Shown in pieces: positions 1-10,997 of a DNA stretch of 64,000 bases (position 1 is its first letter; each line of letters starts with the position of its first letter). A model generated the notes under the pieces. The model saw only the letters and a program-made list of their open reading frames with translations, did no database searches and was not told the DNA's origin. Made by a program: the position numbers and the translations under genes. The DNA comes from an uncultured delta proteobacterium (GTDB lineage Bacteria; Desulfobacterota; Syntrophorhabdia; Syntrophorhabdales; WCHB1-27): assembly GCA_963810935.1 (NCBI GenBank), contig CAWEPK010000007.1, forward strand, positions 256,001-320,000, read 5' to 3'.

Positions 1-1219
1 CGATGAGGACCATCCGCCACGACCAGAACGGGTTCGATACCATATAGCATTCGACGAGGGCGCCCCCGTCGAGGAGGCAGCCGAAGAAGGCCTCCGGCGC
101 GGGAAACGATTCCAGGTACGGCTCGGCCACGGGGCCGACCGTGGCGGCCACCCCTTTTTCCAGCATCCGCTTGCACCATACTGTGCTGCCCGCATCCTTC
201 AGGGTAGTGCATTCCGCGCTCGCCACGTGGTAGGCGACCGCCCCCCTTGCCCAGGTGAAGGCGTCGATATATTTCCCAAGGCTGTACCAGCCGCAGTAAA
301 GCGCGGCGTCCGGCGCCTCATTGGGGCCGAAGAGGGCCTCGCGCTCGTCCAGGACTACCGGCATCCTGCCGGTTTTTTTGACTATGCGGGCCGTATTATG
401 GATCGCCTTGTCGTAAAGCCTGTAATGGGACGTCTCATTGGCGGACGGATAGGGCCAGCGCGCGTCGAAGTACGCCTTGCCCTTCAGGCCGTGCTCCTCG
501 GCGAAAAGGCTGTCGTCGATGATGCGGCGGACGGTCGCTTCCGTGGGCCCGTCAAGGCGGCAGACGGCCATCACCGAAAGCGGCATGTCGGGTATATCTT
601 TTCCCCTGAAAGCGGCGAAGTACCTGTTGCGGAGCCATCCTTCCAGGGTATGTTTGTCTTCCATCACGAGGGCGATCTCCGAATCTACGGACGCGCCCTG
701 GCTCGACAGGGAAAGGCGCGATATCTCGCCTTCCGTCCGGGCGATCTCATCATTCAGCGCCTTTGCTTCCTGCGGGTTGTTCGCGGCCGTTGCCTTCTGC
801 CTCAAGGGGCCAAGCTGCGCCCGCAGCTCGCGGATGTGCAGGCTGTCGAGCGGCCCGGGGCGGGGCGGTCCTACGCGCAGGGGCATGCCGTAGAAAAGGA
901 CGATGCACGCGAAGTTCGTTCCTTCGCGGCCGTGCCTGGACAGAAAGCTGCGGACCGGCCCGGCTATCTGTTTTTCGTAATCCTGGCGGCTGATGTCTTC
1001 CCCCGTGACTGTCTCGACAGACATTATGTTTTGCAGCGGCACGCCGCGCTTTTGCGCGTAGTACCGGGCGAGGCGATTGCTTCCCGGCACGGCCCTGTTT
1101 ATCAAGAGGAGGAGCTGGCCGGGCTTCATGGCGGATTGAGCCGGGGAAGGAAAGAGCAGGGCGGCAGCAGCCATGAAGGAAAGCAACAGCAGGCAATAAT
1201 GTCTGTAACGTATAGTCAC
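1..1219 (-). CDS. TIGR03790-family exported protein (3' end runs off the window; absent from the ORF track)
   Basis: Manual translation from GTG 1219: signal-like N-terminus, then MKPGQLLLLINRAVPGSNRLARYYAQKRGVP...YCGWYSLGKYIDAFTWARGAVAYHVASAEC...GPVAEPYLESFP...PFWSWRMVLI, matching remembered TIGR03790 motifs. Confidence 0.8.
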   Translation of the reverse strand, partial: MTIRYRHYCLLLLSFMAAAALLFPSPAQSAMKPGQLLLLINRAVPGSNRLARYYAQKRGVPLQNIMSVETVTGEDISRQDYEKQIAGPVRSFLSRHGREGTNFACIVLFYGMPLRVGPPRPGPLDSLHIRELRAQLGPLRQKATAANNPQEAKALNDEIARTEGEISRLSLSSQGASVDSEIALVMEDKHTLEGWLRNRYFAAFRGKDIPDMPLSVMAVCRLDGPTEATVRRIIDDSLFAEEHGLKGKAYFDARWPYPSANETSHYRLYDKAIHNTARIVKKTGRMPVVLDEREALFGPNEAPDAALYCGWYSLGKYIDAFTWARGAVAYHVASAECTTLKDAGSTVWCKRMLEKGVAATVGPVAEPYLESFPAPEAFFGCLLDGGALVECYMVSNPFWSWRMVLI

Positions 1220-1299
1220 GCCATGAAGAATAGCATGGATCGGGGCCGCCGGGGTAGGCTGTATAAACGGGCCGCGCGGGCGGCGCGCTCATTTTCCGG

Positions 1300-1328
1300 T
1301 TGACAAGACCTCGCCCTTCCTTTACCAT
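1300..1328 (+). promoter_or_regulatory. sigma70-type promoter upstream of pgaA
   Basis: TTGACA-N17-TACCAT. Confidence 0.55.
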
Positions 1329-1476
1329 TGTATTTGACCATCGTACTCGTAAGACAATGCGATAAGCTAGTGGCCGGGTAGAACGTACTCGCCGGGGGCC
1401 GGCCGCCCCCTTCGAAAGACTGAAGAAAAACAAAGAAAAGAACCAGGTATCCAACCTTAAATGAGGAGGCTGGAGA

Positions 1477-3408
1477 ATGCGTGTAAACATGTGGGTCTCA
1501 GGCCGGGGTCTGCCGGCTTTCTTTGTCTGTTTGTTTCTTCTTGCGGTTTATTCGTGGCCGGCCTGCGGGCAGGACGCGGCATGCCCGAGAGCGAACGACG
1601 GACAATCGCAAGTAACTGCGCAGGCGGCCGAAGGGGCGAAGGGCGCAGCCGTCGTGAAAGAGGCGGCGCCCGCAGAGGCGCCCGTTGAAGAACCTGCGCA
1701 TGATACCGAGGCGGTCAGGACCGCTTCGGACCTGATCAAATGGGAGGAGTACGACAAGGCGCTCGATATCCTCGAAAAAGAGGTGGCCGCAAACCCCTCG
1801 AATGTCTCTGCCCGCTGCCAGTACCTGATCGCCCTGGGTAAGAAGCACAGGGCAGAAGATGTGATCAACCAGTACGCAGTCGTGGATGCCATCTACTCGG
1901 AGGTTACAGAAGGCTCCGACGAGGCGCAGACCCGCCCCGAGGTTGTACCCATCGCTGCGACGGAGGCCGTGGCGGAGGCCCTCGTCTCGCTTAGGAGACC
2001 GCTTGAGGCGCGCCGGTACTACGAGCGAATGCTTGCCCAGAGCCCGTCCACTTCGTTCAAAGCGTACATGGGCATCTACACGACGTCCACCGCGCTGCGG
2101 GACTGGAAAACGGCCGCCGAGACGTGGAAGAAGATCGAAGAGTTGATGCAGAGCGGCGACCTCAACTGGATGGAGCGGCACGAGGCGCTGACTGCGCGGG
2201 GCTGGCTCCTCATCGGCCAGGACAGGCTGGCCGAGGCCCAGAAGCATTTCGAGTCCCTGTTGATGGAAGCTGGGCTCGACTCCGGCTTCAGGTCCGGCCT
2301 CGCCCATGTCTATTATTACAGGGGATGGCCCACGCTGGCCCTTGAGCAGTTCAAGATAGGGGAGAACGTAAACCCGGAGGAGACGACCAACAAGGTCGGC
2401 CTCGCGCAGACGCTCCTCGACCTCGATTACAAGGTCCAGGCTGCGTCTCTCGCCTCGCAGCTATACTCCGTATATCCTTACGACATGAACGTGCGCGATG
2501 TCTACGAGAACATCCGCCTTAACGGAGAGCCCCAGGTGACGGGGGATGCCCGCTTCATCAACGAGGCGCCGGGGACTACCGAGTGGAGGGCCATGCTGGC
2601 CGCAACTATGCCCATCACGCCCTCCTTCAAGCTCTTTACCGACGTCCTCCACATGCACGCGTACCAGACGCTCGCGGACGACCGGTTCTCAACGACATGG
2701 GACAGGTTCGGCGCGGGAGCGAGTTACCTCGTCGTGCCTGGGCTCAGCGTATCGGAGGAGCTTAGCTGGGACTACGTCAAGAGCGCACAGTTCGGCTCTA
2801 CCACCAAGGTCGGCTGGCAGGCGGACGACCACTTCAAGCTCCTTGCCGGCTTCGAGTCGTTCAGCCTCGACCTGCCGCTGCGGGCGATGGTCGCCGGTAT
2901 TACCGGCCAGTCGGGCATCATCGACATGCACTACCACGAGAGCGACCTGCGCGGGTACGGACTTATCCTCCAGTCGAACTGGTTCTCCGACGGCAACGTC
3001 AACCAGTCGGCCATAGGCCGCTTCGAGCAGACGGTGCTCCAGGGCGACGACTGGAGGCTGCGTATAGAGCCGGAGGCCTATTACGGGCGATACGCGAAGA
3101 GCCAGGAGGCCGTCCCTTATTTCAGCCCGACCAACGAGGCGAGCGTCGTTATCAAGCCCGTCCTCCACATCACCCACTACGATCTTTACGACGCGTCGCT
3201 CAAATCGAGCATCTACGCCGATGCGGGTTTCTATAAGGAGCACCTCTTCCCCACGTACTACCTGATCGGCGGGTTCGGCTATATCCAGGAGCTGAAGATA
3301 TCGAAGACCGTGTCGCTCCGATGGACGGCGGGTTATGCGGAACGCGTGTACGACGGGAAGTATACGAATGTTTTTGAGGTCGGGCTGCGGGTGAATAAGT
3401 ACTTTTAG
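1477..3408 (+). CDS. pgaA: PgaA-like PNAG export porin (TPR region plus beta-barrel)
   Basis: Signal peptide, TPR-like helices, LAHVYYYRGWP, PYFSP motif, C-terminal F; directly upstream of pgaB. Confidence 0.8.
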   Translation: MRVNMWVSGRGLPAFFVCLFLLAVYSWPACGQDAACPRANDGQSQVTAQAAEGAKGAAVVKEAAPAEAPVEEPAHDTEAVRTASDLIKWEEYDKALDILEKEVAANPSNVSARCQYLIALGKKHRAEDVINQYAVVDAIYSEVTEGSDEAQTRPEVVPIAATEAVAEALVSLRRPLEARRYYERMLAQSPSTSFKAYMGIYTTSTALRDWKTAAETWKKIEELMQSGDLNWMERHEALTARGWLLIGQDRLAEAQKHFESLLMEAGLDSGFRSGLAHVYYYRGWPTLALEQFKIGENVNPEETTNKVGLAQTLLDLDYKVQAASLASQLYSVYPYDMNVRDVYENIRLNGEPQVTGDARFINEAPGTTEWRAMLAATMPITPSFKLFTDVLHMHAYQTLADDRFSTTWDRFGAGASYLVVPGLSVSEELSWDYVKSAQFGSTTKVGWQADDHFKLLAGFESFSLDLPLRAMVAGITGQSGIIDMHYHESDLRGYGLILQSNWFSDGNVNQSAIGRFEQTVLQGDDWRLRIEPEAYYGRYAKSQEAVPYFSPTNEASVVIKPVLHITHYDLYDASLKSSIYADAGFYKEHLFPTYYLIGGFGYIQELKISKTVSLRWTAGYAERVYDGKYTNVFEVGLRVNKYF

Positions 3409-3476
3409 TGTGCGTCGGACCTACTCCGGGGGTGGTGTGAGCATAGAGACAAAGGCGGATGTGTGGCAAGGTTTGG

Positions 3477-3611
3477 TCGCGCCTCAAAGACCACCCGCAT
3501 GCACGGTGGCGTCTTTTCAGCACGCGCTCTACCGTGCGGGCACCCGGCAAACCGACTTTGAACTGATAGGACGGATGCGGCGAAATGTGCGCCTTGCGCC
3601 CTCCGACGTAC
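3477..3611 (+). repeat. Dispersed intergenic repeat module A, copy 1
   Basis: GACCACCCGCATGCACGGTG...TTTTCAGCACGCG...TACCGTGCGGGCACCCGGCAAACC...GCCCTCCGACGT recurs at 10998, 47441 and (reverse) about 50446-50590. Confidence 0.9.
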
Positions 3612-3753
3612 AGACGTACGCCGGTCAGCAAGGCGCACATTTCATCCGCCTATCACGATCCTTATGAGGCGCTCCTTAAGACCACGGCAGCAATTGAGCC
3701 GGGGGCCAATTGCTGCAACTGCAAGTGAGATGTAATTGCAAGGCGGTCTACCT

Positions 3754-3950
3754 CCGTCATTCCGGCGTACGCCGGAATCCATTGATCCGAGAAATCTGGA
3801 CCCCGGCTTTCGCCGGGGTGACGGAGAAAGGAAGAGTGACGGAAGGAGGGAACAAGTTCTTTATGAACGATTGCTGTAACTGCGGATGGGATGTAATTGT
3901 AGGGCTGACATTGGCTTTCCTCCGTCATTCCGGCGCACGCCGGAATCCAT
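3754..3950. repeat. CGTC-type REP palindrome cluster
   Basis: CCGTCATTCCGGCG(T/C)ACGCCGGAATCCA twice plus inverted CTGGACCCCGGCTTTCGCCGGGGTGACGG; same family at 47855, 53598 and about 61790. Confidence 0.85.
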
Positions 3951-3989
3951 TTTGCCTTCATGCGTGATTGCGGCAACTGGGGGTGATCG

Positions 3990-5930
3990 ATGAAACGCTG
4001 CGTCCTTATTCTTTCGATCCTGCTTCTTCTCCTGGCGCCTGCGGCCTCCTGCTTTGCCGGTGATCGGTTCCTTGCCGTCTGCTATCACGACATTACCGAG
4101 AGGCCGGTTGCGCGGGAGGATTTTACGCCGGATGATCTGGCGAAGCAGCTCGCCTTTTTCCGCGAGAACGGCTACCGGCCTGTCCGCATCGCAGACATTG
4201 AGGAGGCGGCGGCGGGCAGAAAAGCACTCCCCGAAAAGGCGCTCCTCCTTACTTTCGACGACGGCTACCTCAGCTTCTACAAGATCGTCTACCCCATTCT
4301 CCGCGCGTTCAACTGGCCTGCGGTCCTTTCGGTGGTCACGTCATGGGCGGATGGACGCGACGCCCCCGGCCCGCCTTACAAGGATAAACAGTTCCTGACG
4401 TGGGACCAGATAAGGGAAGTGGCTGCCTCCGGGCTCGTCACCGTCGTTCCACATTCGGACTCCATGCACGAGTTCGTCCGCTCGAACCCGCAGGGCAACA
4501 TCGAGCCGTCGATGACTACGTTCATATTCGATGATAAGGCGGGCGCGTACGAGACGGAGGAGCACTACAGGGCGCGGGTCAGGGCTGACATGGAGAAGAC
4601 CGTTTCCGTTTTTTCAGAGCGGCTCGGCTCGAAGCCTACCGTCTACACGTGGCCGTACAGCGCCTACAACAGCATAGCCCTCGACGAGGCGAAGAGGGCG
4701 GGCTTCCGCGTCTTTTTGACCGTTGACGAGGGCCTTGCAGATACGGGTCGCCTCGACCGCGTCAACCGCATCTACGCGCAGAACATGGTCTGTCCGGCGC
4801 CCTCCTTCAAGGAAGATTTGAAAGGCGGGCTCGTCGATGCAATGCCCATCCGCGCAGTCCAGATCGACCTGGACAAGATAGTCGATCCGGCTTCGGCAAA
4901 AGAGAGCGACGCGCGCTTGGGCGCGTGCCTGGACAGGCTCGCTTCCCTCGGCGTTAACACCGTCATCGTCCAGGCCTTCTGCGACACGGAAGGCACGGGC
5001 AATGTGAAGTCCGTCTATTTCGCGACCTCGGCGCTTCCCGTAGTGATGGATTTTCTGAGCCACGCAGTCAACCGGATAATGGCCAGGGGCATGCAGGCAT
5101 TCGTCTGGATGCCGTCCCTTGCCTTCGAGACGCCCGACACGGCGGCGAACGAGGCACTCCGGGTGCGCGAGCTTCGCGGCGGGAAGGTGCACTTATCCGA
5201 TGCGTCGTATAAGAGGCTTTCTCCCTTCGACGCAAGGAGCCTTGTTGCTTCGAGGCAGATCTTCCGCGACCTCGCTGCATACGTAGATTTCGACGGCCTT
5301 CTCTTCCAGGACGATGCGTACCTGACCGACGAAGAGGACTACCACCCGGCGGCGGCAGCGGCATTCAAAAAAAGGTTCCGCATGGACCTCTCGCCCAAGG
5401 CGCTCAAAAAGAAGGGGGTCATGACGAGGTGGGCGGCTATGAAGACACAGGCGATCGACAGGTACCTGGCCGACCTCACCGGCGTCGTGCGCGCGTACCA
5501 CCCGTGCGCGAAGATTGCAAGGAACATTTACAGCGAGGTCGTCACCAACCCGGAAGCGACCGTCTGGTTCGCCCAGGACCTGCCGTCGTTCCTGCGCAAC
5601 TACGATTATACGGTTATCATGGCCTATTCGCGCATGGAGAAGATCAGGGATAAGGCGAAGGCGAGAAGGTGGTTCAAAGAGATGTTCGACCGGGTGAAGG
5701 CCGCTCACGGGACGGACAAGGTCATATTCAAGGTACAGGCTTACGACTGGGACAAGGACGCATGGATCGACGAGTCCGCGATAAGGGAAGAGATCGAGTA
5801 CGTGCTATCCCTCGGCGCAAAGCATGTGGCGTATTATCCTGACGGCGTGATAGAGGACAAGCCGGGAAAGGACAAGATAGCGCCGGTCATCTCGGGTCAG
5901 GAGTACGTGCGCGACATCAGGCGGCACTAG
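3990..5930 (+). CDS. pgaB: PgaB PNAG N-deacetylase/glycoside hydrolase, copy 1
   Basis: CE4 motifs LLTFDDGY, HSDSMH, TWPYSAYN; C-terminal GH153-type VQIDLD...FQDDAYL...AYYPD. Confidence 0.92.
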   Translation: MKRCVLILSILLLLLAPAASCFAGDRFLAVCYHDITERPVAREDFTPDDLAKQLAFFRENGYRPVRIADIEEAAAGRKALPEKALLLTFDDGYLSFYKIVYPILRAFNWPAVLSVVTSWADGRDAPGPPYKDKQFLTWDQIREVAASGLVTVVPHSDSMHEFVRSNPQGNIEPSMTTFIFDDKAGAYETEEHYRARVRADMEKTVSVFSERLGSKPTVYTWPYSAYNSIALDEAKRAGFRVFLTVDEGLADTGRLDRVNRIYAQNMVCPAPSFKEDLKGGLVDAMPIRAVQIDLDKIVDPASAKESDARLGACLDRLASLGVNTVIVQAFCDTEGTGNVKSVYFATSALPVVMDFLSHAVNRIMARGMQAFVWMPSLAFETPDTAANEALRVRELRGGKVHLSDASYKRLSPFDARSLVASRQIFRDLAAYVDFDGLLFQDDAYLTDEEDYHPAAAAAFKKRFRMDLSPKALKKKGVMTRWAAMKTQAIDRYLADLTGVVRAYHPCAKIARNIYSEVVTNPEATVWFAQDLPSFLRNYDYTVIMAYSRMEKIRDKAKARRWFKEMFDRVKAAHGTDKVIFKVQAYDWDKDAWIDESAIREEIEYVLSLGAKHVAYYPDGVIEDKPGKDKIAPVISGQEYVRDIRRH

Positions 5931-6082
5931 CAGGCCGAGCCGCCGGCCGGACCCGCGCCTGCCGCCGAGACACCTGACATTCAGTCGGCCCAGAAACATG
6001 ATGGCCTGCTATATTGGAAGCCTACGATTTTCCTTGCCTTTCGGGCGGTCACTACGCAACAAGCGTCACACCGGGGATATGT

Positions 6083-6337
6083 CTATGCCCGGCAATTCAT
6101 GATCAAGGCATCGTCCCGCAATTCCATGGGCGCGTAATTATGATGTGCCGCGACATTGCCCATGCGATCAATCGCAAAAAGGCAGCGCGCATCCTTCCCG
6201 GACTCCTCGAAATGCTCAGCCTTCACGAAGATGTAAACGTACTCTTTCTCGACCCATCCTCCTATCTCAAGGTGCCGTGGCATTCTCTGCACCTTCGCTA
6301 TGATCTTCCGTACCTTCTTCATCTGTGCATAGTTCAT
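6083..6337 (-). CDS. Small hypothetical protein
   Basis: GAAGGA RBS before MNYAQMKKV; plausible composition; no recognised motif. Confidence 0.45.
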   Translation of the reverse strand: MNYAQMKKVRKIIAKVQRMPRHLEIGGWVEKEYVYIFVKAEHFEESGKDARCLFAIDRMGNVAAHHNYAPMELRDDALIMNCRA

Positions 6338-6892
6338 CGTACATCCTTCTTTCTTTTCCCTCTCAAGGGATGAGATATAGCCTAAATGCCGGCATGCATC
6401 TCTTGAATGCATGAAAGGTGCCACAATATGTTCACCAAGCTGAACACAATTGACTATTCAGGAGGGCGACAGGACTTGCCGTTTACTATGCTGAACATAT
6501 ATAGGCCGCCCATCGTAGTTCGCAGTATGCTGCGGAATCCGCCGTATTCTATAGTATCCCCGCAAAACCGCGGAAGGGCCTTTTGCGCATCGATAGAGGT
6601 TTTTACCCTCCCTTCGGCCGGGCCCGCGCCTGCTGCGGACCATCCGGATTCACGTTGGCCTCTTTCCTCACTCGCTGTCCGGACGCTATGTCTGAAGTCA
6701 ACGAGCGGCGGGCAGTATTCCAAAAATGACATAGCACCGGGCATATCCGCCCATGTCAAGTAGCTGCGGAACGGCCGGGGCCGCCATTTGCCTGCCGCGT
6801 ATATCTTGATATTACAGTAACTTACGCGATAGCCACAGAATAATCTCACTTTGGCACGATGATCGCTATATGGACGGGCGAGAGGTGAGATT

Positions 6893-7273
6893 ATGTCGCT
6901 AAGCCGCCTGATGCGCCTATCGCCCATTTTTCTCTTCCTGGTCCTCGTCTCCTGCGCCAACTGCCGGGAGACTGCCATCCGTGACGCCCGCGTCCTGGCC
7001 CCCCAGCATCCGACGCGGGTCGCATGCTACCACACGGCCCCGCGCCCATCCCTCGGTTACGTGTTCTGGCCGTCGCACTGTCAGGCGCAGGCCGAGCTGA
7101 ACGGGGAATGGAAATGGGTATCGAACGGGAAGATTACGGGGGAGACGGATTTCTCCTTGAGCCGCACAAAACAGGAGACGGAAATCTATACCCCTGAACA
7201 AATGGAACGGCTGATACAGGATAACCCCCGGGCAGATTGGTGGAAAATCGCGTTGCTGATATTGCTGATATAA
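6893..7273 (+). CDS. Putative lipoprotein, hypothetical
   Basis: GAGG RBS; hydrophobic N-terminus ending LVSC; C-terminal hydrophobic tail. Confidence 0.55.
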   Translation: MSLSRLMRLSPIFLFLVLVSCANCRETAIRDARVLAPQHPTRVACYHTAPRPSLGYVFWPSHCQAQAELNGEWKWVSNGKITGETDFSLSRTKQETEIYTPEQMERLIQDNPRADWWKIALLILLI

Positions 7274-7352
7274 CGAGGAAAAGATGCCGCCGGCACGGCT
7301 GATACGCAGGCCGTGCAAGCGGCATTGTTTTTGCCCGGTTGTGAGCGTGCCG

Positions 7353-8378
7353 TTAATCGGCAGCGCCGTTTGCGCCTGCGGAAGGCGCAGGCCTGGCAGA
7401 CAGGAGAAGCTCCCACTTCGGCAGCGCCATCCTCAGCATAAGCGCCTTTCGGGTCTTCACGCTTTCGGCCCACGCCTTTGCTGCAAGCGCCCCCCTGGCC
7501 CGGCCCTTCACGGTCTTATAGGGCGCGCGGTGCAGAGGGGTGGCTGCTGCCGATGTTTGCACGTTTGCCACGCTCTCTTTCGGCCCTCCGGGGTCCGCGG
7601 CCGGCGTGGCTGCGACCGGGCCGGCGCAGGCCATTTTGAAGAGCGTTGCCCCCTGCGGGTCGGCAGCGGCAGCCGAGCCCGAATACGGCCATGAGAAGCC
7701 GGCATACGCCTGGAGGCCGCTCCGTTCGACGCGGGCCGGCCACATCCGGCCGTCCGTTGTCGAGATGGCCGCAGGCCGCACGGATGCTATTATCGTTTTT
7801 TCTTCGAGGATCCTCGCAGGGGCAGGGTAGGTCTGCCAGGCCTCGTTGGCGTCCGCCGTGCTATGGGCGATCTCACCGGCGATGAGGACCCAGAATACCG
7901 CACACGCCGCGCCGACCAGGAAGAACGATGCCTCGGGATAAAGGCGCGGGACAGCCCCTTCAGATGCTCTCAGGCCGCCCCACGGGATACAGTTGTACGA
8001 AACCCATAGTAGATAGAGGGAAGCGACGGCAAGGACTATCTTGCCGAGGTCCAGAAGAATCGGAACCAGCGTCGAGGGCCGGGAGGCGAAGAGCCCGAAG
8101 CCCGGCAGGTCGGAGAGGCTCGCGTGGAAAGGGCCGAGGCTGAATGCGCCTTTTGCGAGCCTCTCCGACAGGCCGGGCGCTATCACCTGGGCCAGCGGCA
8201 GCAGGCAATAAAGGAAGGCGGCCCACAGGCTTAAAGTGACGGCCCATTCAAAGACCAGCCGCCTATCCGATTTCAGCTCCGCAATGTCAATAATACCGGC
8301 GTGCTGTCCGCTGTTTCCTGCGATGCGGCGCTGCGGTGGCGGGCCGCAGCGCATGTGTCTCACGGGCGTACCTCTCAT
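7353..8378 (-). CDS. PgaD-like membrane protein with long C-terminal extension
   Basis: IIDIAELKSDRRLVFEWAVTLSLWAAFLYCLLP and second helix LYLLWVSYN are PgaD-like; downstream of pgaC. Confidence 0.6.
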   Translation of the reverse strand: MRGTPVRHMRCGPPPQRRIAGNSGQHAGIIDIAELKSDRRLVFEWAVTLSLWAAFLYCLLPLAQVIAPGLSERLAKGAFSLGPFHASLSDLPGFGLFASRPSTLVPILLDLGKIVLAVASLYLLWVSYNCIPWGGLRASEGAVPRLYPEASFFLVGAACAVFWVLIAGEIAHSTADANEAWQTYPAPARILEEKTIIASVRPAAISTTDGRMWPARVERSGLQAYAGFSWPYSGSAAAADPQGATLFKMACAGPVAATPAADPGGPKESVANVQTSAAATPLHRAPYKTVKGRARGALAAKAWAESVKTRKALMLRMALPKWELLLSARPAPSAGANGAAD

Positions 8379-8385
8379 CGGCCCA

Positions 8386-9366
8386 TCACGCGACGCACGG
8401 CGCTGACCCGTTTACCGGTTGAGGGGCAGGGATGAAAACGGGGGCCTGGCCCAGGCGCTCGTCGATTGACGGGGGTTTGGCCTTCCCCTTCCGCTGGGGA
8501 CGGGGCGCCTTTACCGTCTGACCCGATTGCTGTGCTGAAGGCGCTGCCTGGGCAGGTGCGCCCATCGGCTGTCGGGTCGCGCGCTGCGCAGCCGGCCCAT
8601 CCGCTATCCCGGCCGGCGCACTGTTTTCAACCTGGTCGCACGCATTGGCCTCCGGCTTTGCGCGGCGTGAGCTGCGGCGCCTGCGGATGGTCTTCACCTC
8701 CGGCCGGTCCTCCAGCGATGCGTCGGGGAACCTGCCCGTCAGCAGCCTGAACGCCTCGCCGGGCTGTTTGAAGCGGAGGATGAGGTGGTTATAACAAATC
8801 CAGAGTGTGTACAGGGCGAGGACCGCGAAGGCGATCTGTCCGGTCAGGAGGACGAGCCCCATGAGGCTCGGAGCGGTTGCCGGGAAGGCGCCGCCGCCGA
8901 GCAGGTCCCATATGGTGCCGCTGAGGGAGCCGAGGACGACCGGGACTGTGGCGAGGCCGGGCCAGGCGAGCGCCACCAGCGCCCTGATGGCGGGCAGCAT
9001 GCAATAAAGGAAAGCCCCCCACAAGCCCGCCGTCAGGACCGTTTCCGTGATGATACGCGTTTTCGATTTCAGGTACGGCTTGTCGATGACGTTGAGCCCG
9101 CCTTGCTTATTTGCCGCGTCCGTTCTTCCGGGCAGGGCGGGGCGCATCTCCAGCACGTCGCCCCAAAACTGCTTGGAGCCCTGGTGCTGCTGTCCGGGCC
9201 GGGGAGCCACCAGCGCGCGTATGTCCTGTACCTCATTGCCCCCGCCTTGCAGGTTCCTTGTCTGCACTATAAGGACGGTATCGACGGACTGCCGGCGGGA
9301 CGCCAGGTTGTCCAGGATGTTCTGCACCCCCGACCAGCTCACTGCGCGTGCCGGAACCGCCGCCAT
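8386..9366 (-). CDS. PgaD-like membrane protein with N- and C-terminal extensions (start uncertain)
   Basis: VIDKPYLKSKTRIITETVLTAGLWGAFLYCMLP and LYTLWICYNHLILRF; follows pgaC. Confidence 0.65.
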   Translation of the reverse strand: MAAVPARAVSWSGVQNILDNLASRRQSVDTVLIVQTRNLQGGGNEVQDIRALVAPRPGQQHQGSKQFWGDVLEMRPALPGRTDAANKQGGLNVIDKPYLKSKTRIITETVLTAGLWGAFLYCMLPAIRALVALAWPGLATVPVVLGSLSGTIWDLLGGGAFPATAPSLMGLVLLTGQIAFAVLALYTLWICYNHLILRFKQPGEAFRLLTGRFPDASLEDRPEVKTIRRRRSSRRAKPEANACDQVENSAPAGIADGPAAQRATRQPMGAPAQAAPSAQQSGQTVKAPRPQRKGKAKPPSIDERLGQAPVFIPAPQPVNGSAPCVA

Positions 9367-10682
9367 ATTACTTCCGTGCGCTTGTTTCCCGTTAACGTGT
9401 GTATCCCTCTGTCCGGACTCTGCCACGCTGCGCATATTCTTGACCTCCTTGTAATTAGTTTATAAACCGCGGTTATGCAGGCAAGGCTTTGGATCAGCCA
9501 GTATGCTGCCGGATACCATACGATCCAAAAGTAGATCTTCAGCCGGCTTGTGTGCTTCTCGTAGTGGAAATCGATGATGAGGCTCACCAGGAACTGCCAC
9601 ATGCAAAGCATGGCGAGGACCGTGCGGGTGGCAGCCGTGTCGGGCGACGAGGGCGCGAGAGCGGCGAACGCGACTTTAAGGCCGTCCGCGGCGGAGGGCG
9701 CCTGGGCCACCGAGCGGACGATGTCGACCCCGGCCGAGCACACCATGTACAGGCAGGAAAATATCAGGAGGTGGGCCCAGACGGTCGAAAACACGTACTC
9801 CATGTAAATGGGCCACAGCCGCCTGTGCCTCGCCTGGAACATCACCCGGTAATGCTTTTTCAATACCTCGATCCCTCCCTGGGCCCAGCGCACCCTCTGC
9901 CGCCACAGCCCCCCGACGGTCTCCGGGACGAGGACCCAGCAAAGGGCGCGCGGCTCGTAGCGCACATCCCAGGACCTGGTGTGCATCTTCCACGTTATCT
10001 CGATGTCTTCGGTGACTGCGGCAGGGTCGAAGAGGCCCACGTCGAAGACGGCGCTTTTTCTGTACGCCACTACCGCGCCGGAAACCGTGAGTATCCTGCC
10101 GTAGACCCGCTGCGCCCTTTTAATAAGGCCGATGATATAAGAATATTCGCCCACCTGTATCTTTCCGAGGAGCGTGGTGCGGTTCCGGACGCGCGGGCTG
10201 CCCGTCACAGCGCCGACGTTGTCCGATGCGACGAAGTGACCGACGAGGTAGGTAAGGGCGTCTTTCTCAAGCAAGCTGTCCGCGTCGACGACGACGATTA
10301 TCTCGCCGTTCGCCTTCGCCACTGCCTTGTTGAGGGCCATCGCCTTACCCTTGTTCGGAGATTGATGCATGGCCTTGAGCCACTGGGAGTTCTGCGCCGC
10401 CATGCGGTCTATGATCCGGCCCGTCCTGTCCGTGCTGCCGTCATCCACCACTATGACCTCGTAATAGGGGTACTCGAGGTCCCTCATGTTGTCGAGGGTC
10501 TCCTGGATGCAGTCTTCCTCGTCGTGGGCAGGCACAACGATTGTGACGAAGGGGTATATTCCGTCGCCGGCAACGTTCTTGTTCTCCCAGCGGAGCCTGA
10601 ATATAATTCCCCCTACTACCCAGACGACCACCATGCAGATCGGGTAAAAGAGAAGAAAATAGCCCGTCAAGCTTGCGACCAT
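9339..10682 (-). CDS. pgaC: PgaC PNAG synthase (GT2)
   Basis: DDGSTD, VDAD, TED, QRVRW and WQSPDRG motifs. Confidence 0.95.
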   Translation of the reverse strand: MVASLTGYFLLFYPICMVVVWVVGGIIFRLRWENKNVAGDGIYPFVTIVVPAHDEEDCIQETLDNMRDLEYPYYEVIVVDDGSTDRTGRIIDRMAAQNSQWLKAMHQSPNKGKAMALNKAVAKANGEIIVVVDADSLLEKDALTYLVGHFVASDNVGAVTGSPRVRNRTTLLGKIQVGEYSYIIGLIKRAQRVYGRILTVSGAVVAYRKSAVFDVGLFDPAAVTEDIEITWKMHTRSWDVRYEPRALCWVLVPETVGGLWRQRVRWAQGGIEVLKKHYRVMFQARHRRLWPIYMEYVFSTVWAHLLIFSCLYMVCSAGVDIVRSVAQAPSAADGLKVAFAALAPSSPDTAATRTVLAMLCMWQFLVSLIIDFHYEKHTSRLKIYFWIVWYPAAYWLIQSLACITAVYKLITRRSRICAAWQSPDRGIHTLTGNKRTEVIWRRFRHAQ

Positions 10683-10997
10683 TGAAGTCCTCCGGATGTT
10701 TATGTAGTATGTCGTAAACCGGCGATAGGGACGGGAAGTGAAAAGCGCCTACCGATAGTCAGCCGCTTCCTGTCCTTGTTCGTGAGGGAAAAGCAAGGAG
10801 CGTGCCATCGCAAAGTATTGCGCTATTACAAGTAATGACAAGTTAAAGTGAACAATGACATGGTCGGCTGATGTAAAGGAATAGAACAGGCGGGGCCGGG
10901 GCGGACAGGACAGAGAGTGCTGCAGAGCGAGGTGGGACAAGGGTTTCGGGGGTGGTGTAGGATTAGTTGTCAGTATAAAGGAAACGTACAGTGGGGT

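Noticed and set aside
227..1490. ORF-track calls 227..1303 (+) and 750..1490 (-)
   Set aside because: Shadow frames of the TIGR03790-like gene; most other overlapping track ORFs are likewise GC-rich antisense shadows
6454..6978. Minus-strand ORF as a gene
   Set aside because: It overlaps the lipoprotein gene and has no motif or clear RBS, so it cannot be supported
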